Shown piece after piece: positions 26,404 to 35,002 of a stretch of DNA of 44,961 bases. Positions within the stretch are counted from its first letter, which is position 1. Every line of letters begins with the position of its first letter. This DNA comes from Pseudomonadota bacterium. GTDB taxonomy: Bacteria > Bdellovibrionota_C > UBA2361 > OMII01. Below the pieces are notes generated by a model. That model saw only the letters and a list, made by a program, of their open reading frames with translations, was not told the DNA's origin and did no database searches. Where the stretch lies: assembly GCA_900299035.1 (NCBI GenBank), contig OMIG01000272.1:1-44961 (forward strand), in the 5' to 3' direction. The translations under genes and the position numbers were made by a program.

Positions 26404-27089
26404 TCCGGCTTGGCGGCTCGCGGGGAACCACGAAGACCGACTGGCTGCACAGCCGTCATTCCTTCTCGTTCGGAGAGTATCACGACGCCAGTTGGCTTGG
26501 TTTCCGCTCCCTGAGGGTAATCAATGACGACATCGTTGCGCCAGGAGCTGGCTTTGGCATGCATGGCCACCGTGACATGGAGATTGTAACAGTTGTCCTG
26601 TCGGGCCAGCTTGAGCACAGAGACAGCCTCGGAAATGGCGCGGTTTTGGGTCCAGGAGAGGTCCAGGCGATGAGTGCTGGAACGGGAGTTAGGCACAGCG
26701 AATTCAACCCGTCAAAAGACCAGCCAGCGCACTTCCTGCAGATATGGATCCAGCCGCGCAGCGCCGGGCTTGCCCCGTCGTATGCGCAGAGGCGTTTCGA
26801 CGAGCCTGACCGGCGCAACTGTTGGTGTCGAATTGCGGGGCCGCCAGGGCCTGACGGGGCTTTGCAGATTGCTCAAGATGCCGACGTGTTTCGTGCCGCT
26901 ATACCGGCGGGGGCTGTACTTTCAAAAGCGCTGGGGGCAGGAAGAGGGGCCTGGTTGCACGTGATTGAGGGCGAAGTCTCGTTGTCGGGCAGGCGGCATC
27001 TTTCGGGAGATGCGGTCGGCCTTGTCGGAGTTTCAGAGCTGCACATCGCAGCGTCTCAGCCGTCTGAGCTATTGTTGTTTGAGGTGTGA
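26379..27089 (+). CDS. Pirin-family cupin (YhhW/quercetinase-like)
   Basis: Colinear with E. coli YhhW as I recall it: WLHSRHSFSFGEY, LRVINDDIVAPGAGFGMHGHRDMEIVTVVLSGQLEHRDSLGN, MSAGTGVRHSEFNPS. The ATG at 26379 overlaps meaB by 25 nt. Confidence 0.9.
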   Translation: MVAESAALIRLGGSRGTTKTDWLHSRHSFSFGEYHDASWLGFRSLRVINDDIVAPGAGFGMHGHRDMEIVTVVLSGQLEHRDSLGNGAVLGPGEVQAMSAGTGVRHSEFNPSKDQPAHFLQIWIQPRSAGLAPSYAQRRFDEPDRRNCWCRIAGPPGPDGALQIAQDADVFRAAIPAGAVLSKALGAGRGAWLHVIEGEVSLSGRRHLSGDAVGLVGVSELHIAASQPSELLLFEV

Positions 27090-27102
27090 GCAGGCGGCGC
27101 GG

Positions 27103-28248
27103 CTACCTGCAGAGCTCTTTTGTCACGATGTTCGACATGATTTCGCTAGTGCCGCCCCCTATGGGCATCAGCCGCAGGTCTCGCCACCAGCGCTCTGGCA
27201 GGAATTCAGTCGTGTAACCGTATCCCCCGTGAATCTGGATGGCCTTGTCCGCAATCCAGACTGCATCATCGCAGACCATTCGTTTAGCCATGGCCACGAG
27301 AACTCGGCAGTCTCCCCCCGCGCACAGCTCATCGAGGGCTCGATGCGCAAGGCTCTCTCCAAGAAGTATCTTGCGCCGCATCTCGGCGAGGTACCGGGCC
27401 AGAACTGGGAATGACTCAATTTTGCGGCCGAATGCCTCACGCTGGCTGGCGTAGGTCAAGGATGAAGAGAGGCACATTCGTGCTCCAGCGAGAGACGTCA
27501 AGGTCAGCATTAGGCGCTCCCAGTTGAGGTTTGAGGCGGCCTGCCCCCAGCCCTCGCCGAGCTTCCCCAGGATACAGGAGCTGTCCACCTCGACGTCTTC
27601 AAAGAGGAGCTCCGCCGTGTCAGAAGCATGCCAGCCAAGCTTCTCAAGCTTCTTGGAGACTCTAAATCCCTTCGATTTCGTGTCCACAACAAAAGTCGTG
27701 AAGCCGCCGTACCCCGCGGCTGGATCTGTTTTGGTAAGCACGAGGATAAAGTCCGCGCGCGCTCCGTTGGTGATGAAGGTCTTTGAGCCGTTGATCAGCC
27801 AGCGATCTCCGCGCTTTGTCGCAACCGTGCGAATTTTTGCCAGGTCGCTGCCGGCTCCCGGCTCCGTAAATGCGTACGCGCCGATTGCATCGCCGGTAAC
27901 TGCTCGGGGAAGCCATGCTGCCTTGGCTTCCTTGGACCCGAATCGCTCAAGGGCGTGGCTGATAACCAAGGAGTGCATGTTGACCGCGACTGTAAAGCCG
28001 ACGGAGGGCAGCTCGCCAAAAGCTTCACACCACGCCCCTGCGAGCTTGTAGTCGCCTCCGGAACCTCCGTACTCTTCCGAGATCAGCAGCCCCAGGTAGC
28101 CCTGAGAGCCAAGGAGCTTGAAAGCGTCATTAGGAAAGTCTCCAGCGTTTTCCCAGGCCGTCAGTTTGGGTGCGATCTCCTGTTGGGTGAGCTTGGTCAC
28201 CGCGTCAATAAAGTTCTCGTGCTCAGAGTAGTAGGGGGCAGCCCTCAT
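27103..28248 (-). CDS. Acyl-CoA dehydrogenase
   Basis: YAFTEPGAGSD, WLINGSKTFITNG, IQIHGGYGYTTEFLPERWWRDLRLMPIGGGTSEI. Its start overlaps the stop of the upstream Fe-S oxidoreductase gene (ATGA). Confidence 0.9.
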   Translation of the reverse strand: MRAAPYYSEHENFIDAVTKLTQQEIAPKLTAWENAGDFPNDAFKLLGSQGYLGLLISEEYGGSGGDYKLAGAWCEAFGELPSVGFTVAVNMHSLVISHALERFGSKEAKAAWLPRAVTGDAIGAYAFTEPGAGSDLAKIRTVATKRGDRWLINGSKTFITNGARADFILVLTKTDPAAGYGGFTTFVVDTKSKGFRVSKKLEKLGWHASDTAELLFEDVEVDSSCILGKLGEGWGQAASNLNWERLMLTLTSLAGARMCLSSSLTYASQREAFGRKIESFPVLARYLAEMRRKILLGESLAHRALDELCAGGDCRVLVAMAKRMVCDDAVWIADKAIQIHGGYGYTTEFLPERWWRDLRLMPIGGGTSEIMSNIVTKELCR

Positions 28249-30434
28249 TGCAGCCTCTCGGCGATTACCTCAGCGATGTCTCTCACATCCAGCTTCTGCT
28301 CGTTATGAGTTAGTTTAACTCCGTCTTCCATCATCTGCATGCAAAAAGGGCAGGCGGTTGCCACTGTGGAGGCGCCAGTATTGGCGGCCTCTTGGGCCCT
28401 AAGGGAGTTAACTCGCTCGCCAATCTTTAAGTCCATCCAGAAGTGGCCGCCGCCAGCTCCACAGCACAGCCCTTTCTCTCGGCTCCGCTCCATCTCGATG
28501 ATGTTGAGCCCCTTAATCTTCCGGAGCGTGCTGCGTGGCGCGTCGTACTCGTCGTTGTATCGGCCGAGGTAGCACGGGTCGTGGAATGTGACGTCTTTGA
28601 GGTCGCCATCCTTGAGCGAGAGCTTGTCGGTAGCAAGTAGCCGCTGTAGGAGCACGGAGTGGTGGATAATCTCCGGCTTGCGCCCCTCTCCGAGGTTGCC
28701 AAATTGAGGGTACTCGTTCTTGATTGTGTTGAAGCAGTGCGGGCAGTTGGCAACCAGGGCCTTGAATGAAATTGACTTCAGAAGCTCTATGTTCTGCTTC
28801 GCCATGGACTGGAAAAGATTCTCCTCTCCGAGCCGACGCGCTGGATCGCCTGAACACCCTTCCATCGAGCCGAGCACGCCAAACGACAGGCCGGCTTTCT
28901 GCATGATTGAGACCAGGGCTTTGGCGATCTTTTGCTTGCGAGGGTCGAAAGCGGAAACGCATCCCACCCAGTACAAGTAGTCCACAGAGTCACCGGGCTG
29001 TAGCAACTTTACATTCAGGCCGTCCAGCCACTTTACCTTGTCTTCCTGGGGACCGTACGGATTGGACCGGCTCTCGAGAGACCGAAGCGTGGCCTGAGCC
29101 TCGTGTGGAATCTGTCCTTGCATCATCGTCATGTGCCTGCGGTTGCCAACAATCTGGTCCACGTGGTTGATGCCCACGGGGCATGCTTCGACACAGGCTA
29201 AGCAGGTGTTGCAGCTCCAGAAGGCCGCCGGATCGATGACGTCACCAGAGATGAGCGCATCGGCGGAAGCGCCAATCGCGCGGGCGGCCGTCTGCACAAG
29301 CGGATTCTGGCCCCGGAATGCCCCGTCGTTCGTGTAGCCGTCACCTTCCGTCTTGAGGCCGTGGAACGGCAGCATGACGCCTTTTGACAGTGAGGAGTCC
29401 AGAGACTGAGAAACCGAGGGCAGCTTAGACTCGCCTAGCTTTTTATTGGCTTGCAGAGCGAGTGCGTGGTTACGGGTATCGAGAACGATCCACTTTGGCG
29501 AGAGAGGCTTTCCCGAGAGGTAGGCTGGGCAGGCGTCCTGGCAACGGCCGCACTGCGTGCAGGCGTCGAGATCGAGCAGGTTCTTCCAGGAGTAGTCCTT
29601 GATTGAGCCCAAACCAAGCGAAAACTCCTCTCCACTCTCCATCATCTTTTCGAGGTCGCCGATAAATTCTAGCGCGCCTTTGGGGCGCGGCGTGCGCGCA
29701 AAGAACAAGTTGAGCGGACTGGTCAGCATGTGGAAGAACTTGGTGTACGGGAACAGGGCTACGAAGGCGTACACGGTTAGGGTGTGAAACCACCAGGTGG
29801 CGAAGTGCGCGTTCTTCGCTTGGCTCTCTGGAAGGAACCACACGCTCTGAGCGAACAGCCATCCTATCGGCGAGTAGAGAGCCCATGGATCGTCAGTGGC
29901 ATGGATCCTCAGCCCCTCGAGCGCGAATCCCTGCACAACGAGAAGGGCCAGCATGACGAGGATGAAGACGTCGTTCGGGGTGTTGTGGACCAGGTCGGCT
30001 CGCTTGATGAACCGCCGGTACCCGAAGTAAAGGATTCCGCCCAGCAGCAAGATCCCGAAGATGTCGCTGAACATCGTGACGTAGAGGTAGAACTCCCCCT
30101 GGTAGATCTTGATTCCGAGGTCATGGTGAATGAACACCATCGTTGTGGTGAACAGCAGGACGAGGAATCCGAGGTACACCAGCAGATGAGCGATTGGGGC
30201 TCCGTCTTTGCCTCGCGCGACTTTCTTGTGGAACACCCCGTACTGAACCAGGTCATCGAGGCGGGAAAACCAGCTTCCCAGATGCTCCTTGGAGGGCTTG
30301 CCGCCTGCCCATAGCTCAGCCCTGCGCCAGACGCCGTTTAGGCCGATCACTAGCGCTACTACGAGCAGCCCGTACATACCCAGCACATTAGGCAGGGTAT
30401 TGACATTCCACATGATTTCTCGAGTCGCGTTCAT
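28245..30434 (-). CDS. Membrane-bound Fe-S oxidoreductase: NarI/DsrM-like cytochrome-b TM domain, 2x[4Fe-4S] ferredoxin, HdrD/GlpC-like CCG domains; probable ETF:menaquinone oxidoreductase type
   Basis: N-terminal ~250 aa has 5-6 TM helices and conserved His. CTQCGRCQDACP and CNTCLACVEACP are cluster motifs. Cys-rich CCG-type motifs are CPHCF, DPCYLGR, CCGAGGG, ACPFC. Confidence 0.75.
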   Translation of the reverse strand: MNATREIMWNVNTLPNVLGMYGLLVVALVIGLNGVWRRAELWAGGKPSKEHLGSWFSRLDDLVQYGVFHKKVARGKDGAPIAHLLVYLGFLVLLFTTTMVFIHHDLGIKIYQGEFYLYVTMFSDIFGILLLGGILYFGYRRFIKRADLVHNTPNDVFILVMLALLVVQGFALEGLRIHATDDPWALYSPIGWLFAQSVWFLPESQAKNAHFATWWFHTLTVYAFVALFPYTKFFHMLTSPLNLFFARTPRPKGALEFIGDLEKMMESGEEFSLGLGSIKDYSWKNLLDLDACTQCGRCQDACPAYLSGKPLSPKWIVLDTRNHALALQANKKLGESKLPSVSQSLDSSLSKGVMLPFHGLKTEGDGYTNDGAFRGQNPLVQTAARAIGASADALISGDVIDPAAFWSCNTCLACVEACPVGINHVDQIVGNRRHMTMMQGQIPHEAQATLRSLESRSNPYGPQEDKVKWLDGLNVKLLQPGDSVDYLYWVGCVSAFDPRKQKIAKALVSIMQKAGLSFGVLGSMEGCSGDPARRLGEENLFQSMAKQNIELLKSISFKALVANCPHCFNTIKNEYPQFGNLGEGRKPEIIHHSVLLQRLLATDKLSLKDGDLKDVTFHDPCYLGRYNDEYDAPRSTLRKIKGLNIIEMERSREKGLCCGAGGGHFWMDLKIGERVNSLRAQEAANTGASTVATACPFCMQMMEDGVKLTHNEQKLDVRDIAEVIAERLQ

Positions 30435-30748
30435 AGCGGCTAAAGTAGACGCATCGCTTTCTTCGCACCAGCGGTCTTAATTCTAGGGGAGCTGCCAAGC
30501 ATGATGTGGCTTACGGCCCCGACGCAGGACCAAAGCGTAGGCATAAGGTGCTTTTATCCCCACAACTGCCTGATGTTGTTAGCTCTTTTTCGCGATCCCT
30601 TTGGTTGACACGGCCTCGTAGGCCCTAGGAAAATAAAAGGAAGGCCTTATGGGCTTCTCGCCTGTCTATTCGTTTTCAGTCTTCGCACTGACCCCGCTCG
30701 TGGGTCGCAGGTGGTTTGCTTCCTCCAACCAGTAAGGCAATCCAAGGT

Positions 30749-32137
30749 ATGAACCTCAACATCGAAGGTCTTTCGCTCCTCCTTCTCGCTGCGTTGCCGG
30801 TAGTAGCTGCAACAGGCTTCTACTTATTTTTCATCGCTGCGTCCCTTGCGATCGCTCGCAGCAGCACTACTCGGCTCGAGGAGATGCTCGATGAAGAAGT
30901 GCCAGGGGCAGGTCGCGCTCTCAACATGTTGCAGGATTCTGATCGGTACCTGCTTTGTACCCAGTTCGGGCGCCTCCTCTCTTCGTTAACTGCGGGCTTC
31001 AGCTTGGCGCTGTGTGTGCGTGCGGTCGCAAAAATCCTGGAGGGGCAGGGTGCCTTTGCGCAGCCTGCGTCTTTCCTGGTTTCAGCCGTTATCGTTGTCG
31101 CGGTTCTCGCCGCCCTGCTCGTGCTCGTGCAGATAGCCAAAGCCGTGTCGCTTCAATACCCCGAGAAGATGCTCTGTCGTGTCTCAGGCGCACTGGGCTG
31201 CGTGCACTTTGTTTTCGGGCCAATGCTCGTTTTCGCGCACAAAGCCATAGCTCGGGTCCTAAACCGCTTCGACATCGAGCTGTCAAATGAAAGAGAGATT
31301 GCAGTCTCTGCAGACGACCTCAGCGAGATCGTCAAAATAAGCTCGGAGAGGGGCACGATTGAGAAAGATGAGCAGGCGTTGCTCGAGGGAGTCGTAGAGC
31401 TCGCAGACCGAGTGACTCGTGAGGTCATGACCCCGCGTAGCGACGTGGTGTGGATCCGGGAAGGAATGGCGGCGGCTGACCTTGTCAGCATGTTCACTCG
31501 TGAAGGCGTCTCTCGCGTGCTCGTGTGCGGCAAAGAGCTCGACGAGGTGAAAGGCATCCTGCTTGCCAAAGATCTCTTCCAGTACGTGGGCAAGTCGCTC
31601 CTTGGAGTCGATTGGCATAAGCTAGTGCGCCCAGCGTATTTCGTCCCTGACACCAAGCCCGTTCAGGAGCTGCTCAAAGAGCTGAGGCAGCGGGGCATCC
31701 ACTTAGCAGTCGTTCTGAACGAGCATGGCGGCGTGGATGGATTGGTCACCCTCGAAGATCTCGTAGAAGAGATCGTTGGGGATATCTTTGATGAGTTCGA
31801 TTCGCCTTCTGAGCGAGGAGGCATTTTGGTCCAGCGTGACGGCTCGCTCGTTATGCAGGGCACGCTGCCAACCAACGCGGCTACCGATGAGCACGGCATT
31901 CCGTTCCCGGACGGAGAGTACGACACGGTGGCAGGCTTCATCATGGCCCAATTGGGGCGACTGCCAGCCGAAGGAGAGTCTTTCAACTTCCAGGGATGGG
32001 ATTTCACAATCGCTGAGGTCCACAAGCACCGGATAGCGCGCGTAGTGGCCAAAAGGGTCTCCGCTGAGCAGTCCGAAAATGCCGAGGAATCAGAGTCACT
32101 TGAGGCGGTTAGTGCGGGCGGAAGGCGGCGAAACTAG
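30749..32137 (+). CDS. CNNM/TlyC/CorC-family transporter (DUF21 TM domain, CBS pair, CorC_HlyC domain)
   Basis: Four N-terminal TM segments, VMTPRSDVVWI...VCGKELDEVKGILLAKDL (CBS1), AVVLNEHGGVDGLVTLEDLVEEIVGDIFDEFD (CBS2), and C-terminal YDTVAGFIMAQLGRLPAEGESF. Start ATG 30749 is preferred over TTG 30716. Confidence 0.85.
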   Translation: MNLNIEGLSLLLLAALPVVAATGFYLFFIAASLAIARSSTTRLEEMLDEEVPGAGRALNMLQDSDRYLLCTQFGRLLSSLTAGFSLALCVRAVAKILEGQGAFAQPASFLVSAVIVVAVLAALLVLVQIAKAVSLQYPEKMLCRVSGALGCVHFVFGPMLVFAHKAIARVLNRFDIELSNEREIAVSADDLSEIVKISSERGTIEKDEQALLEGVVELADRVTREVMTPRSDVVWIREGMAAADLVSMFTREGVSRVLVCGKELDEVKGILLAKDLFQYVGKSLLGVDWHKLVRPAYFVPDTKPVQELLKELRQRGIHLAVVLNEHGGVDGLVTLEDLVEEIVGDIFDEFDSPSERGGILVQRDGSLVMQGTLPTNAATDEHGIPFPDGEYDTVAGFIMAQLGRLPAEGESFNFQGWDFTIAEVHKHRIARVVAKRVSAEQSENAEESESLEAVSAGGRRRN

Positions 32138-32298
32138 GCCAAATACCTGAACCGTTTCGGGTCCCCAAGCCATCTTTACTTAAACCAGAAGTAAAAGGTC
32201 TGCGCGGCAACGCTGTGCTCCGCGTAACTTTGCTTCGCCGTATTAGCAGAAGTCGAGCGAAGCCCAAACCGCATAGTGCAAAGCTAGAGAGTTAATTC

Positions 32299-32820
32299 AT
32301 GGAGCGGGACCCTTTCGTGTCGTTGCCGGAAACGGAGAGTGAGCTTTCTCAGCCGACGCCCGAGGCTCGTGAGGGAGCTGGGAAGCCTCAGCAGCCCGAG
32401 GGCCTGGCAACAGAGCCGACAGTCATGGCTGCTCCTCCGAAGCCTGCACCCACTTCTTCAGCGCCTGCCGCTGCCGATGCGCCTCGGGTTGAGGTGAGCG
32501 CAGCGACGGTGACGCGCATGATGGGAATTGCGTCTACCGCGGATTTGCGGCTCCTGGAGGGGCGAGTAGACCTGCTCACGTCGAAGGTGACAGGCCTGCT
32601 CACAAAAGTAGACCGAGTGTTGTCGATGTTTGGAAGCATCCCGTCGTCCAGTGACGTAGGGCGCCTTGAGATTCAGCTTGGCGCGATCAAGTCGATGTTG
32701 AGGGAGCTCATGGAGGCGAACGAAGGTGCGGGAGCATCGAAGCGCCAGCCAGACACGAAGGATGCAGCTGAGGAGCAGAGCAGGAAGTTGCGCGAAGGAA
32801 TCAGGTCTAGCTCGGAGTAG
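32299..32820 (+). CDS. Hypothetical coiled-coil protein (Pro/Ala-rich N-terminus; weakly phasin-like heptads)
   Basis: 173 aa. STADLRLLEGRVDLLTSKVTGLLTKVDRVL and LEIQLGAIKSMLRELMEANEG are helical repeats. No enzyme motif. Confidence 0.5.
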   Translation: MERDPFVSLPETESELSQPTPEAREGAGKPQQPEGLATEPTVMAAPPKPAPTSSAPAAADAPRVEVSAATVTRMMGIASTADLRLLEGRVDLLTSKVTGLLTKVDRVLSMFGSIPSSSDVGRLEIQLGAIKSMLRELMEANEGAGASKRQPDTKDAAEEQSRKLREGIRSSSE

Positions 32821-32853
32821 TGCTGAGAGCTTAATTGCGAGGAGATCGACACT

Positions 32854-33612
32854 ATGGCACGCACCAAAAAAGAGAACTCTGAAGCAGGGCTGTCATCGGC
32901 CGCCGGCCTCGCTGGCCAAATCGAGAAGACTCGAACAAGGTCGAAGAGCTACGTTCTCGACCTGAGAGTGAAGAGCCCCGCCTCGCTAGGGTACCTCGGC
33001 GTTGAAGGCCTCGACTCTGCCCCAGCAATCGTGCGCCTCGCCAAGGTGAAGGGACTAGACGTTATCGCTATCACCGACCTGTTCAGCGCAGACTTCGTGG
33101 ATCGAATGGTGTCGGCGGCAAAGGACTCGCCTCTAAAGGTAATTCCAGGCTGCTCGATCCGATGCCGCATAGGCAGCTGTGACGATGTTGTAATGACCTG
33201 CCTCTTTGAGGAGTCTGTCACCACTGAGCGCATTAACGAATTTCTCAAGGCCCTGGGAGTCCCGGCAGACGTGGCCGCCCGGGCTCATCACCTGGTGGTC
33301 AAGCCGCTGGCTGAGATCTTGGCGTTGCTCGACTCCTTCGGCGGAGTAATTATTCCTAGCCGGCTCGACAAGACTCCAACCCAAAAAATGATCATCAAGG
33401 ACCTCGTCGAGAACTACGGTTTTCGAGCTTTCGATCTCGCGTACGCAGACTCAACAGAGTACTTCAAAAAAACCTGGCCCAAGACTCAGTTCCACCTCTT
33501 TACCTTCTCAGATGCCAACGCACTGGCCCAGATTGGCAGCCGCACGGCCAAGGTAAAACTCGCATCGCCCGGATTTCAGGGGATTCGCGAGATGGTTGCG
33601 CGCCGGGCGTAG
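32854..33612 (+). CDS. PHP-domain-fold protein with degenerate (non-metal-binding) motifs
   Basis: It aligns by eye with the PHP motif order, but ligands are replaced: LDLRVKS (for DxHxH), IAITDLF (for ITDH), IPGCSI (for G.E), IIPSRLD (for H), FSDANA (for D.H). GAGGAG lies 9 nt upstream of the ATG. Confidence 0.6.
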   Translation: MARTKKENSEAGLSSAAGLAGQIEKTRTRSKSYVLDLRVKSPASLGYLGVEGLDSAPAIVRLAKVKGLDVIAITDLFSADFVDRMVSAAKDSPLKVIPGCSIRCRIGSCDDVVMTCLFEESVTTERINEFLKALGVPADVAARAHHLVVKPLAEILALLDSFGGVIIPSRLDKTPTQKMIIKDLVENYGFRAFDLAYADSTEYFKKTWPKTQFHLFTFSDANALAQIGSRTAKVKLASPGFQGIREMVARRA

Positions 33613-33703
33613 CCTCCTCTGCGCCTTTTACGGGGCAGCCACAGGCTTTTTGTTCATTTCGAGCTCTTGCAACTTGAGCGCGAGAGCCCGACAATGCCGT
33701 GGC

Positions 33704-34156
33704 ATGGCATACTGGCTCGTTAAAACGGAACCGGAGGTCTACTCTATTGACGACCTCGCTCGGGACGGCTCAACCGACTGGACCGGAGTCCGGAACTATC
33801 AGGCGCGCAATTTCCTCAAGGAGATGTCGGTGTCTGACAAGGTGCTCGTGTACCACTCGAATGCCGAGCCGTCCGGGGTTGCTGGGCTTGCAAAGATCGT
33901 TGGCAAGGCCAAGCCAGACAAGACGCAATTCGACCCGAAGAGCGAGTACTTTGACGGCAAGGCAACGAAAGACGACCCTCGCTGGTTCTGCCCCGAAGTA
34001 GGCTTTGTAAAGAAATTTCGGCGGCTGCTGCCCCTCGAGGAATTGCGCCGCTCGAAGGCGCTTGCCGGGCTGCTTCTATTGCAGCGAGGCTCGCGCCTGA
34101 GCGTCATCCCGGTTTCAGAGAAACACTTCAAGGAGATCCTCGAGCTGGGATCGTAA
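33704..34156 (+). CDS. EVE-domain (PUA-like, THYN1-like) protein
   Basis: MAYWLVKTEPEVYSIDDL...WTGVRNYQARNFLKEM...VLVYHSN...GVAGLAKIV is closely colinear with THYN1/EVE family sequences. Start ATG 33704 (the track ORF starts upstream at 33596). Confidence 0.9.
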   Translation: MAYWLVKTEPEVYSIDDLARDGSTDWTGVRNYQARNFLKEMSVSDKVLVYHSNAEPSGVAGLAKIVGKAKPDKTQFDPKSEYFDGKATKDDPRWFCPEVGFVKKFRRLLPLEELRRSKALAGLLLLQRGSRLSVIPVSEKHFKEILELGS

Positions 34157-34169
34157 AAGGGCGCTAGCC

Positions 34170-34961
34170 GTGGTTGAGAGAGTCACAATAAAGACCCCCC
34201 AAGAGATCGAGCTGATGCGAGAAGCGTGCCGCGTGACGGCAACGATCCTCGATGAAGTTGGGGACATCATAAAGCCCGGCATGAGCACAGAGGAGATTAA
34301 CAGCTTTGTGCACCGCCGCACTGCTGAGCTTGGCGCAATCCCATCCCCACTCAACTACAAAGGCTTTCCAAAGTCGGTATGTGTTTCGCCAAATGACGTC
34401 ATCTGTCACGGAATCCCAGCCCCATTCGTCATACTCAAGGCTGGTGATATTGTGAACGTCGACGTCACCTCATTTAAAAATGGGTTCCACGGAGACTCAA
34501 GCCGAATGTTCTTTGTCGGGGGGGAGTCAGCCTGCTCTGATGAGGCTAGAGAGCTCGTAAGCACCACTCGAGAGGCCCTCATGGTTGGCATACGAGAGGT
34601 ACGCCCGGGCAAGCGGATCGGCGATATCGGTGCAGCTATCCAAGATTTTATCAGAGCGACGAAGAGGGGCTACGGGATAGTTCGGGAGTACACGGGGCAC
34701 GGCCTCGGACGAGAGTTCCACGAGGCGCCCCAGGTGCTGCACGTCGCAAAACGAAACACAGGCGAGCTTATTCGGCCCGGGATGACCTTCACAATTGAAC
34801 CGATGATAAATGCCGGTAGTGCCAGAACTTCGCTGTCCAAAGTGGACGGCTGGACGGTAAGAACCGCTGACGGTTCGCTATCTGCTCAATGGGAGCACAC
34901 AGTCCTGGTCACTGACAGCGGCCATGACGTCATGACCTCAAGCCCCAAGGGGCTCTTCTAG
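34170..34961 (+). CDS. map: Methionine aminopeptidase type I
   Basis: Colinear with E. coli Map: IKTPQEIELMREA, KSVCVSPNDVICHGIP, GDIVNVDVT, FHGDSSRMF, YTGHGLGREFHEAPQVLH, FTIEPMINAG, SAQWEHTVLVT. GTG start. Confidence 0.95.
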   Translation: MVERVTIKTPQEIELMREACRVTATILDEVGDIIKPGMSTEEINSFVHRRTAELGAIPSPLNYKGFPKSVCVSPNDVICHGIPAPFVILKAGDIVNVDVTSFKNGFHGDSSRMFFVGGESACSDEARELVSTTREALMVGIREVRPGKRIGDIGAAIQDFIRATKRGYGIVREYTGHGLGREFHEAPQVLHVAKRNTGELIRPGMTFTIEPMINAGSARTSLSKVDGWTVRTADGSLSAQWEHTVLVTDSGHDVMTSSPKGLF

Positions 34962-35002
34962 CAGCGGCCTCGGTGGATCGCCCCTCAGGGGAGGGCGGCT
35001 CG

